Shown piece by piece: positions 41,447 through 50,222 of a DNA stretch of 64,000 nucleotides. A program made the position numbers and the translations under genes. The notes under the pieces were generated by a model. That model did not search any database. It saw only the letters and a list, made by a program, of their open reading frames with translations, and was not told the origin of the DNA. Every line of letters starts with the position of its first letter. Within the stretch, counting starts at the first letter, position 1. The stretch spans positions 1 through 64,000 of the forward strand of contig JAHQWH010000155.1 in the NCBI GenBank assembly GCA_029856105.1. The letters run 5' to 3'. The stretch is from Promethearchaeia archaeon (GTDB taxonomy: Archaea; Asgardarchaeota; Lokiarchaeia; Sigyniarchaeales; SOKP01).

Positions 41447-42100
41447 TTGAGAATTAAATACATAAGTATTGATATGCCTGACTGGGACGATATATTCACA
41501 AAACGAGGTAAAGTCTTTACAAATCCACATCAAGATATGGAAAGGTTAACCAAAATCTTTAAAGAAAATGGCGTTCAACGAATTTTAGATTTAGGATGTG
41601 GAACTGGCCGGCATCTATTGTTTTTCTCAAAGAAAGAGTTTGATGTTTACGGTATCGATAAATCGCAAAAAGGTTTAGACATTGCTAAAAATTGGTTAGA
41701 CGAAGAAAAATTATCAGCAGAACTAACACATCAGAGAATTGATCAAAGATTTCCTTATGAGAATGATTTTTTTGATGTTGTTATCTCAATTCAAGTAATT
41801 CATCATAATTTAATGAAAAAAATACTCTTTTCCGTTAAAGAAATTGAGCGAGTCTTAAAACCAAAAGGATTTATTTTTATCACAGTTCCTTTTCCTCAAG
41901 CTTTTAACGTAAAAAACAGTAAGTGGAAATTGAAGAAAGTCGAAAAGAGAACATATATCCCTCAATCAGGTCCAGAGGAGGGGCTTCCTCATCATTTCTT
42001 TACAATAGCAGAACTAAAACGTGTTTTTAGCGCTTTTGAATTGTTAGAAATATATATTGACAAAACCAATCATCGCGCAATGTTAGGAAAAAAGAAATAA
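41447..42100 (+). CDS. Class I SAM-dependent methyltransferase
   Basis: ILDLGCGTGRH, FDVVIS, RVLKPKG; start possibly at the downstream ATG (MPDWD). Confidence 0.88.
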   Translation: MRIKYISIDMPDWDDIFTKRGKVFTNPHQDMERLTKIFKENGVQRILDLGCGTGRHLLFFSKKEFDVYGIDKSQKGLDIAKNWLDEEKLSAELTHQRIDQRFPYENDFFDVVISIQVIHHNLMKKILFSVKEIERVLKPKGFIFITVPFPQAFNVKNSKWKLKKVEKRTYIPQSGPEEGLPHHFFTIAELKRVFSAFELLEIYIDKTNHRAMLGKKK

Positions 42101-42114
42101 AATGTAATATTCGT

Positions 42115-43299
42115 TTAAACTGAATTTTTAGGTTTGATCAACCTTGAACGAACGATTAATAAAACAGATGCTATACCGATGATTGGTAAAAAAATCACAA
42201 TTAAAATCAATAAATCAGAATCAGGAAGGTTAAAATCGTCGTTCCACGGAAAATTTCCTTGAAATTGGTTGTTAACTTCTAAGTAATTATTACAAATAAA
42301 TTGCTCTACTGTTTTTCCCGTTACTTCGAGACTATAATTTGAAATATGAGATAAATTATCTTCGGTCGTGTGATGGTAAGGCCAAGCGGGGTTATCCCAA
42401 AAGTTAATGATTAAATCTGCTGAGGGAATTCCATAATTTACAAATGGCACGTGGTCATCAGTAATGGAATTGATTATTGGATCAGAAGGAAATTGGTAAG
42501 TATATCCTAATTCTCTACCAGTCTCAAATAATTCGTTCAATAACGAGGAGGTTGAGTGTTGTTCGTTAATAAATTTTAAATTTGCTCCTCCAACCATATC
42601 TAATAATATCATCGCATCAAAATGCTCTTCAGAAGAGTAATAGAAGTTTTCGATGTCTTGTACAAATTTTGTAGAACCTTCGCACCAGTCCCAACCTAAA
42701 ATTCCATGGCTATAATCATAACCTTGATCTTCCGCATCAAAAAACAAAAACCAAATTTGAACAGACAGATTTTGTCTTCTGTCACATAAAACTTTAGCAA
42801 GTTCTATTAAAACAGCGCTACCACTTGCACCATCGTTGGCTCCTGGAACGGGTGAGTTCTGATTTACGCTATCCTTTGTGGCTCTGGCCCTTGAGTCGTA
42901 ATGAGCGCTTAAAATCAAAATATGTGTATAGTTTTCGTTCATTTTAAACAACACATTTTGGCAGTCTACCGAGTGAATTGTAAAGTTATGCAGTGTGTAG
43001 TTGATCGAAGGATCGATTTCTTGAAATTTTGAGACGAAGTATTTCGCACAATCTTCCCTACCTTGAGTTCCCGGCGTTCTATAATGCGTTGTATTAATAT
43101 TTAACTGATCTTCTACATATGTATACGCATTATCACCGTTAAAATATAAATCAACATCTAAATTTGTGAATGTTTTACTATTCGATAAGAAAATAATTGA
43201 GATAGTAATCGGTATTACCACGATTAGCACAATCGATATAATTAAGATTATTTTGTGAGATTTTTTTATATGGATCCACCGATGATAAGATACATTCAA
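42115..43299 (-). CDS. M28-family peptidase, glutaminyl-cyclase-like, with N- and C-terminal membrane anchors
   Basis: AHYDSR, GANDGASG, FDAED, LLDMVG, DDHVPF, HHTTED. Confidence 0.85.
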   Translation of the reverse strand: MNVSYHRWIHIKKSHKIILIISIVLIVVIPITISIIFLSNSKTFTNLDVDLYFNGDNAYTYVEDQLNINTTHYRTPGTQGREDCAKYFVSKFQEIDPSINYTLHNFTIHSVDCQNVLFKMNENYTHILILSAHYDSRARATKDSVNQNSPVPGANDGASGSAVLIELAKVLCDRRQNLSVQIWFLFFDAEDQGYDYSHGILGWDWCEGSTKFVQDIENFYYSSEEHFDAMILLDMVGGANLKFINEQHSTSSLLNELFETGRELGYTYQFPSDPIINSITDDHVPFVNYGIPSADLIINFWDNPAWPYHHTTEDNLSHISNYSLEVTGKTVEQFICNNYLEVNNQFQGNFPWNDDFNLPDSDLLILIVIFLPIIGIASVLLIVRSRLIKPKNSV

Positions 43300-43351
43300 A
43301 TGACTTTATATTATTAATAAAAATTAAAAATAAAAAATATATTTATTTAGT

Positions 43352-43786
43352 TTAGAGTGGTTCAAAACCTAAATCTATTTTTGTTTCGCCTTTTATTTCC
43401 GTCTCCAAAAATGTAGATTTTACGGGCATACCTACGCTAATTGTTTCTGGTTTACTTTCATCCACACCTACTAATTGACCACTAACCATTGGTCCTTCGT
43501 CGAGCTTAATAACCGAGAAACAATAAGGTTTATTTCTACCATAACCTTTCTCTACAAAAAAAGGAGTACCTACAGTAATGCTTGTAAAGGCAGCAATTTT
43601 ACCTTTTCCTGACATCTCAACCCATTCCATATTAGTTGAATTACATTTCGTGCATAATCTTCTAACAGGAACATATTGCTCGCCACAATCTTTGCATTTT
43701 GAACCCATTAACTTTTTATTACGAATATAATCCAAATAACTTTCTATTGTAAAATCTTTATCTGCTTCTGTCATTTTTCTTTTCAC
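43352..43786 (-). CDS. DUF35 Zn-ribbon/OB-fold thiolase partner
   Basis: CKDCG..VP.R..CTKC, GKI..FT, VGMPV; adjacent to thiolase. Confidence 0.9.
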   Translation of the reverse strand: MKRKMTEADKDFTIESYLDYIRNKKLMGSKCKDCGEQYVPVRRLCTKCNSTNMEWVEMSGKGKIAAFTSITVGTPFFVEKGYGRNKPYCFSVIKLDEGPMVSGQLVGVDESKPETISVGMPVKSTFLETEIKGETKIDLGFEPL

Positions 43787-43788
43787 CT

Positions 43789-45048
43789 CTATTTTTCATA
43801 AATATGAACCACGCATGTACCACCAGATCCACCTAAATTATGTGTCATAGCTCTTTCAACATCAAATTTTACTTGTCTGTTTCTCTCAGCAATGCCTCGC
43901 ATCTGCTTAAAAGTTTCTACAGCATGAGCCGCCCCAGTAGCGCCTACTGGATGCCCTTTTGACTTAAGTCCCCCAGAAGTGTTAATTGGGAGCCTTCCAT
44001 CTAGTTTAGTTTCTCCATTTTTTATAGCTTCAACAGCTTTACCTTTCTCGTAAAATCCTAAATCCTCCATCGCGAGTATCTCTGCAATCGTGAAACAATC
44101 GTGTACCTCACAGATTTGAATATCTTTTGGTTTCAGACCGGACATTTCGTAGGCTTGCCTTGCTGCTTCTCTTGTAGCTATAAAACTCGTTAGACTATCT
44201 CTATCATGTAATGATAAGGCAGCACTTCCTTGACCAGTACCAGTTATCCAAATTGGAGTATCAGTAAATTTTTTTGCTACATCGCCAGCCACTAGAAATA
44301 GACATGCCGCACCATCTGTAATCAATGAACAATCAAATAATCTTAAAGGAGATGCTATGAATGGGTTCGAAGAACTTTTAAGAAAATCAAATTCATCTTT
44401 CCAATCGGGAACATCTCTACCTTGTTCTTTATATCTAACTATTTTACTAGCCATCATTTCTTTTATCGATTGTTGCATTTGAGCAAAGGGGTTCTCCTTC
44501 CCATTTTCATGGTTTTTTATTCCAACTCTCATCAAATCTTCCGCCGTAGTCCCATATTTATGGAAATGTGCCGAAGCAATTGCCGCATAAAGCCCTGGAA
44601 ATGTTGCCCCCGCGGGATATTCGAAAATAGAATCGGAAGCTGTGGCTAAAGTGTCGGTGACTAAAGTTGTTGATACTTCCGTCATACATTCTACCCCGCC
44701 TACTGCAATTACATCATGTACGCCTGAAGCAATAGCAATAACCGCTTGTCTTAAGGCAATGCCGCTACTAGCGCACGCACCTTCAAATCTAGGTGCAGGT
44801 TTTGGAGTTAGTCCGACCAAATTTGCCATCTGAGGACCTAAATGTCCTTGGTGGTTAAATAAATCTGAGGAATAATTACCGATATAGCACGCGTCAATAT
44901 CTTTCGGTTCAATACCATTATCTACTGTTTTGACAGCATTTAACCACGCTTCAACCCACATGTCGGGATTTCTTTGAAGTGGGAAATTTCTACCAAATTT
45001 ACACATCCCAGCACCAACAAGTGCGACTTTCCTTGCTAATTTTCCCAT
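43789..45048 (-). CDS. Thiolase (SCP-x/archaeal type)
   Basis: EGACASS, DGAA, EVHDCF, SGGLKSKGHPVGATG, HNLGG. Confidence 0.93.
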   Translation of the reverse strand: MGKLARKVALVGAGMCKFGRNFPLQRNPDMWVEAWLNAVKTVDNGIEPKDIDACYIGNYSSDLFNHQGHLGPQMANLVGLTPKPAPRFEGACASSGIALRQAVIAIASGVHDVIAVGGVECMTEVSTTLVTDTLATASDSIFEYPAGATFPGLYAAIASAHFHKYGTTAEDLMRVGIKNHENGKENPFAQMQQSIKEMMASKIVRYKEQGRDVPDWKDEFDFLKSSSNPFIASPLRLFDCSLITDGAACLFLVAGDVAKKFTDTPIWITGTGQGSAALSLHDRDSLTSFIATREAARQAYEMSGLKPKDIQICEVHDCFTIAEILAMEDLGFYEKGKAVEAIKNGETKLDGRLPINTSGGLKSKGHPVGATGAAHAVETFKQMRGIAERNRQVKFDVERAMTHNLGGSGGTCVVHIYEK

Positions 45049-45233
45049 TTTTTAAACCTCTAATTGATTTTTATATTAAATTTTAAATTTTTAAAACTAA
45101 TAGATTGAATTTTCGACTTATTTTATTTCTTATTCTTTGGTTTTTATCTAAATTCAATAAAATTATTATTGCATATAATTTTTTTTTATATTTTTAGTCA
45201 ATATTTTTAGCTACCATTTCATTAAATGAGATT

Positions 45234-45677
45234 ATGAATAATTCAAAATTAGAGCCAGTTAAATTTGATGATTATAAGGTAGGTGATTCTGCGAAATTCA
45301 CAAAAACGATCACTGAAGAAGATGTTATGAAATTTGCAGAAGTTTCTGGTGATTACAACCCTATACACGTGAATCCAGAATATGCAAAGACTCAAATGTT
45401 TGGTAAACAAGTCGCTCATGGAGTTATCAGCGTGGGTTTAATTTCAGCATCACTAGGCGTAGAATTATTTGGCCCAGGTATACTTTATGGTGAACAAACC
45501 GTTAGATTCATTAATCCCGTATTTTTTGGAGATGTTCTAACCGCTGTAGCAACAGTAAAGGAAAAATTTACCAAAAAAGACGGTAAGTTAAAGTTTATTC
45601 GATGTGATACTAAGGTTTATAATCAAAACGACGAAATTGTAACCGATGGTGAAGCTGTCGTTTTACTCTTGAATTAA
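45234..45677 (+). CDS. MaoC-family (R)-enoyl-CoA hydratase
   Basis: SGDYNPIH, VAHG, PVFFGD. Confidence 0.92.
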   Translation: MNNSKLEPVKFDDYKVGDSAKFTKTITEEDVMKFAEVSGDYNPIHVNPEYAKTQMFGKQVAHGVISVGLISASLGVELFGPGILYGEQTVRFINPVFFGDVLTAVATVKEKFTKKDGKLKFIRCDTKVYNQNDEIVTDGEAVVLLLN

Positions 45678-45790
45678 TTATCTTTTTATTATTATTAACT
45701 TAAGTGAAACATTTTAATCATCTTGTTTCATCTCTTTTTTTATTTTTTTAATGAATAAACACAAAAGTAAACAAGAACAAATTTAAATAT

Positions 45791-47014
45791 TTGAAGAATA
45801 TAACTTTATTAATAACTACAGTGGTTAAGAAAAGAGAACATAAAATGGAACATGAAGATAAAAATTATTGTAAAATAAAATGCAACCACTGTGGATATGT
45901 TTTTGTACCGCCTTATCAAGATGATTGTACCTGTAGAAATTGTAATCTTTTTTCGATAAAACTTTTTCGTTTTATATATGGGAAGAACAATTTTGTTAAT
46001 AAAGTAGAATCTAAAGAAGTTAAAAGCATATCGAGTAAAAATATTAAAGGAGCCGAAGAGAAAAAGATTTCAAAGATTGCTAAGAGCCTATATTTTTACG
46101 GAATTGTTTCAAAAGAGAGAATTCCTATATTTTATAACGATAAAAAATGGAAGTATTTTTTAGAGTTAACAAATAATTTAGATTATGTTTCTACGAGAAC
46201 TTTATCTGGAACGCTTGACAAAATGTTGATAATTATAGGAAACGAGGGCGAAGTAGAAGAAAATAAGTTAATCGCTCGTTTTTTTGAGAAAAATGGAGTC
46301 ATACACATTCTCATAGGAAATTTTTCAGATAAAGACAGCTATTGGATATTTAATCAGGTTTCAATGTTTTTCAACGATATAGTACAAAAGGATAAAATCA
46401 ATATTAAAAAATTGACGAAAAATGAAAAACGTGAGATTTCATTTAAAATGAATATATTCTTAAATAATATAGAAGAAGCAGTCGATTTAAAAGTTAAATT
46501 CGAGAAACCAAATTTTATTTATATAGATAATTGGCTCAGACTGCATTATTTTGGATTATCATCTGAATCGGTTGGTGTTATTTCACTTCTTTTAGATAAA
46601 GAGAATATTCTAAAATTTGGAGAGCAAAAACACTTTGAGCCTGATTCTGAAAACGATATTTCTCGATTAGTTAAAAAAATTATTGATTTTGGAGAATCAG
46701 TCTTAACTGCAAAAATTGAAGCGATTTTAGTAAGTATTCTTGCAAACATGAAAGGTTATCCAAGATGGATTTCAGTAAAATCAGGTTTCCAAAAATATCG
46801 TTTTTTTTCGATTAAAAAACTCGAAAATCAGTTCTATTTATATTGTATTACAGAAGGTAATATAGAAAATCTGGAATCGTTGGAATCATTTCTTTATATG
46901 TATTTAAAAGATGGAGTATCGAATAAATTTACCAGTTCACTAAAGATTTTTAATGAAATAAAAAATAAAATTCAAGGCATTATAGAAACTATTCCAGAAA
47001 GAAAGTTTTATTAA
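45791..47014 (+). CDS. Hypothetical protein, N-terminal Zn finger plus two alpha/beta domains
   Basis: CNHCG...CRNC; long open frame; likely start at MEHED. Confidence 0.6.
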   Translation: MKNITLLITTVVKKREHKMEHEDKNYCKIKCNHCGYVFVPPYQDDCTCRNCNLFSIKLFRFIYGKNNFVNKVESKEVKSISSKNIKGAEEKKISKIAKSLYFYGIVSKERIPIFYNDKKWKYFLELTNNLDYVSTRTLSGTLDKMLIIIGNEGEVEENKLIARFFEKNGVIHILIGNFSDKDSYWIFNQVSMFFNDIVQKDKINIKKLTKNEKREISFKMNIFLNNIEEAVDLKVKFEKPNFIYIDNWLRLHYFGLSSESVGVISLLLDKENILKFGEQKHFEPDSENDISRLVKKIIDFGESVLTAKIEAILVSILANMKGYPRWISVKSGFQKYRFFSIKKLENQFYLYCITEGNIENLESLESFLYMYLKDGVSNKFTSSLKIFNEIKNKIQGIIETIPERKFY

Positions 47015-47151
47015 AACTCATGCTTATATTTTTCTCTATTTCTAAAATTACTAGTTCTTTATTTTATACTCTTGCGCATCCTTTCTTGAAATTTTTCTTA
47101 TTTAAAAAAGAATTAGAAAAGAATAAAAAGTAGAACTCTCTACTTATTAAT

Positions 47152-47418
47152 ATGGCAAATGTAAAATTAAATAATAAAAGCCTATTAGAGAAATTACAAG
47201 CAAAAGTCACTCTAAAATTAGGAAAAAAAATCTCTCAACAAGAGATATTAGATAATAGTATTGAATTTGCGTATAACCGACTTGACGAATTCATTTCTGA
47301 AAAGATTGATCATCCTCCAATCACTGACGATTTAATTAAGAAGATAAAAGAAAATGCAATTGATGCGCCTTTAATGCATCCGGAAAAATCTGATGACGAA
47401 TTAATATACGGGTTATGA
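47152..47418 (+). CDS. Putative antitoxin (VapB-like)
   Basis: Small protein directly upstream of PIN gene, acidic DDELIYG C-terminus. Confidence 0.65.
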   Translation: MANVKLNNKSLLEKLQAKVTLKLGKKISQQEILDNSIEFAYNRLDEFISEKIDHPPITDDLIKKIKENAIDAPLMHPEKSDDELIYGL

Positions 47419-47449
47419 AAAAAGAATTAAGACATTTATAGGGTAAACA

Positions 47450-47866
47450 ATGACAATCATAATTGATTCAAATTATTTATTTGCTTTAAAATCGAAAAAA
47501 GATAGAAATCACAAAAGAGCATTTGAATTATTCAAAGAACTTAAAAAAGATTCTATAAAACCATTAATTACCAATAATTTAGTCGTAAGTGAAATCTTTA
47601 CTTTAACCAATTCAAGATATAAAGGAAATATTTATTATTTAGATAAATATTATGAATTAATTTGGGGGCAAGAAAATTTTTTCAAGATTATTCAATTAAA
47701 ATCTGAAGAATTTAAAGATGTTTATAAAATATTAAAAAAATATACAACTCCTAAACGGTTATTAAGTTTTGTGGATGCTTCTTTAATATTTTTATATAAA
47801 AAATTCAATGCTAAAGCAATTTTATCCTTTGATAATCATTTCGATGGGATTATTTTACGATTATAG
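47450..47866 (+). CDS. PIN-domain VapC-like ribonuclease
   Basis: IIIDSN, D..H, SE, LSFVDA, SFD.HFD. Confidence 0.9.
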   Translation: MTIIIDSNYLFALKSKKDRNHKRAFELFKELKKDSIKPLITNNLVVSEIFTLTNSRYKGNIYYLDKYYELIWGQENFFKIIQLKSEEFKDVYKILKKYTTPKRLLSFVDASLIFLYKKFNAKAILSFDNHFDGIILRL

Positions 47867-47887
47867 TTTTATATGTTCTTTCATATC

Positions 47888-48271
47888 TTAAAGATTTTGT
47901 AAAGCATTGGTATATCCTTCACTTTTTTTCGCCCAATCTATTAATCTAATACATGGGAATTCTTTACACTCATAACAAAATTCTAATTTCTTTTTAAATA
48001 CACAACAATCCCGAATCCAACACTCTTTTGTCCAACATTTTGTTAGATCCCCTCTACAAGTGCTACAATGGAAATCTGTGGTTTTTACATCGTCCCACAT
48101 GCCATCAAATCGTTTAACTAATTTTTTAGCAATTACGGGATTACTTGGAGCAAGATAAATGTCACATTCACCGCAATTCAGACCACATATAGCTATTAGT
48201 TTAAAAGTTTTATCAATTTTTTTACTATTCATAGTATTTATCACTTTCTGTGTATTATAAAAGAGAAACAT
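47888..48271 (-). CDS. DUF3795-family cysteine-rich protein
   Basis: CGLNCGEC, CSTCR, CWIRDCC, CYECKEFPC. Confidence 0.8.
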   Translation of the reverse strand: MFLFYNTQKVINTMNSKKIDKTFKLIAICGLNCGECDIYLAPSNPVIAKKLVKRFDGMWDDVKTTDFHCSTCRGDLTKCWTKECWIRDCCVFKKKLEFCYECKEFPCIRLIDWAKKSEGYTNALQNL

Positions 48272-48290
48272 TATGAAAAATTATTTTGAT

Positions 48291-49451
48291 TTATATCCTA
48301 TACCAATACGATTGAATTCTAATATTATCATTATCAATAATATCTATGTTAGCAGTCCATTTGTAAATTTTTAACCATAATTTTCCTGGAAATGGATGCC
48401 ATCCTTTAATTGGTTGAATGTTAAGTGAAATTATATCACCTACACGATTTATATAATATTCTCCTGCAAAAATTCCCTTTTTATCATCAATACAACAAGA
48501 GAATTTACCTTTAATTTTCATATTACTTTTTAGGGTAATTAAATTAGGAATTGCGGGAGAGAATTCAAAAGAAATCGTATGACCTACTTCATTCTTTCCA
48601 GAAATCTTTTCTATCTCGTAAAAACCTTCATTGTTAAAAATTTCATAAGTTAAATTTTCGTTAATTACATTTAAATTAGACGAATTTATAAGCATTGGAT
48701 TTAAGTTTCCACTAAAAGAATTATTCCAATTTCCAATAATCGGTTCTAAGGAGTAGTGTGCTGAATAAAAATTCATACCGTTCATTCGAACTGGCATTTC
48801 AACTGGTTTCCTTAAAAATCCATGAATTTTTATAATAATTTCAGTATCTTTTTTGATTACCATACCAAACTCGTTGAGATATACTATTGGAAAATACTGT
48901 GGCTTTTTACTAGCGGTAACGATTGGAGTTAACATCGCAGTTAATTCTCTTCCAGGCGTATTTTCCTTAATTTTTAATTCGATGTCTTTTTCTAACTTGT
49001 CTTTCAAAAATAGATAAGCATCTAAACCCATATCATCTGTTTGAAATCTAAAATCGATTACTTCAAGTTGGTTAAACGAAACATTTGTCCCCATGTCCTC
49101 GAATAATTTCTTCCTAAACTCGATAATTGCTTCATTTGTATAATAGATGTCCATCAAGTCATCTTTTCTATACATGATTACCATAGGCAATTTTTCACCA
49201 GCTATACGAAAAATCTGGAGTTCAATTGCATAGTAAATAGGGTCTTCTTCGAAATTAATTAGCATTAAACGATCTATATGATCAGTAGTTATGTTAAATG
49301 GTGAATAAATCATATTTTTAGGCGTAGATTCGTAAATTTTTAGCGAATTATTTTTTTTACCAAGGTATTTGTGGTGATCTATAACGATATCTTTTATCTT
49401 CACATTATTCCGCTTTAAAAATGTTGACAATAATCTCTTTATAACGCCCAT
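48291..49451 (-). CDS. Hypothetical protein
   Basis: 386-aa open frame co-oriented with cobO; no recognisable motif. Confidence 0.6.
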   Translation of the reverse strand: MGVIKRLLSTFLKRNNVKIKDIVIDHHKYLGKKNNSLKIYESTPKNMIYSPFNITTDHIDRLMLINFEEDPIYYAIELQIFRIAGEKLPMVIMYRKDDLMDIYYTNEAIIEFRKKLFEDMGTNVSFNQLEVIDFRFQTDDMGLDAYLFLKDKLEKDIELKIKENTPGRELTAMLTPIVTASKKPQYFPIVYLNEFGMVIKKDTEIIIKIHGFLRKPVEMPVRMNGMNFYSAHYSLEPIIGNWNNSFSGNLNPMLINSSNLNVINENLTYEIFNNEGFYEIEKISGKNEVGHTISFEFSPAIPNLITLKSNMKIKGKFSCCIDDKKGIFAGEYYINRVGDIISLNIQPIKGWHPFPGKLWLKIYKWTANIDIIDNDNIRIQSYWYRI

Positions 49452-49468
49452 TATTATTTCTTCTTTTC

Positions 49469-50037
49469 TTAATATTCAATACCAAGACGAGCTTTAATCC
49501 CTTTTGAAGAGTAGTAATGTTTAATCATTCTCATTTCAGTGAGTAAATCTGCACGCTCTTTAATTTTAGGATGCATCTTAGGTCCACCAGTTATAATTAA
49601 TTCAACTTTTTCAGGTTTATTATCAATCAATTTTAATACTTCGTCAAGTTTTACGATTCCATATTCGACAGCAACACCAATTTCGTCAAGAATAACGACA
49701 TCGTATTCGTCGCCCATAATCACCTTCTCTGCAAACTTCACGCCTTTTTTTCCTTCTTCAAAGTCAATTTCTCCAGGAGTTGCGATTAAATCTGGCGTTC
49801 CAAACTGTTTCAATTCGAAATTTGGAACCCCTTTTACAGCCGTAACTTCCCCATATTGAGGGTATCCTTTCATAAATTGAATCATATATACTTTATATCC
49901 ATGACCCGTAGCCCGAAAGCCTTGTCCTAAAGCCGCAGTGGTCTTGCCTATAGGCATTACTATTTTTTTATAGCAATTTTACCCCGACCAAAATAAACTT
50001 GTACAAGGCCAACATTTAATCTTTTTCTTTCGACCAT
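49469..50037 (-). CDS. cobO: Cob(I)alamin adenosyltransferase (CobO/BtuR); join of exons 50037-49979 and 49949-49469, 179 aa
   Basis: Exon 1 MVERKRLNVGLVQVYFGRG; spliced GRGKGKTTAALG; IQFMKG, VILDEI, LIITG, ADLLTEM...KH, GIEY. Confidence 0.88.
49950..49978 (-). other. Candidate 29-nt bulge-helix-bulge mRNA intron
   Basis: Insert AAUUGCUAUAAAAAAAUAGUAAUGCCUAU; GGGU/GCCU 4-bp helix, AAA and AUA bulges, 8-bp inner stem; removal restores frame and P-loop. Confidence 0.8.
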
Positions 50038-50222
50038 AATTATCAAGTTCCTTTAATTAATCTATAAAAATAAACTTGCACAAATCCTTAGTTTAATCTT
50101 TTTTAAATAATAAACAACCTTTTATTTTTTACATTAGAATATATTTTATACCATTAAGATATTCTTTAACTAGTTGTTTTGATAATTTTCAATATTAAGA
50201 TTAATGTAAAAAAATTAAGGGA

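Noticed and set aside
47861-47890. Possible premature TAA or read-through in the DUF3795 gene (NL*DMKEHIKL*)
   Set aside because: Only 8 extra codons, overlapping the PIN gene end; no evidence of recoding
49469-49957. ORF-track call of a 162-aa CobO starting MPIGKTT
   Set aside because: Its ATG lies inside the 29-nt insert and it lacks the conserved GLVQVY.G.GK segment encoded upstream; not accepted as the full gene
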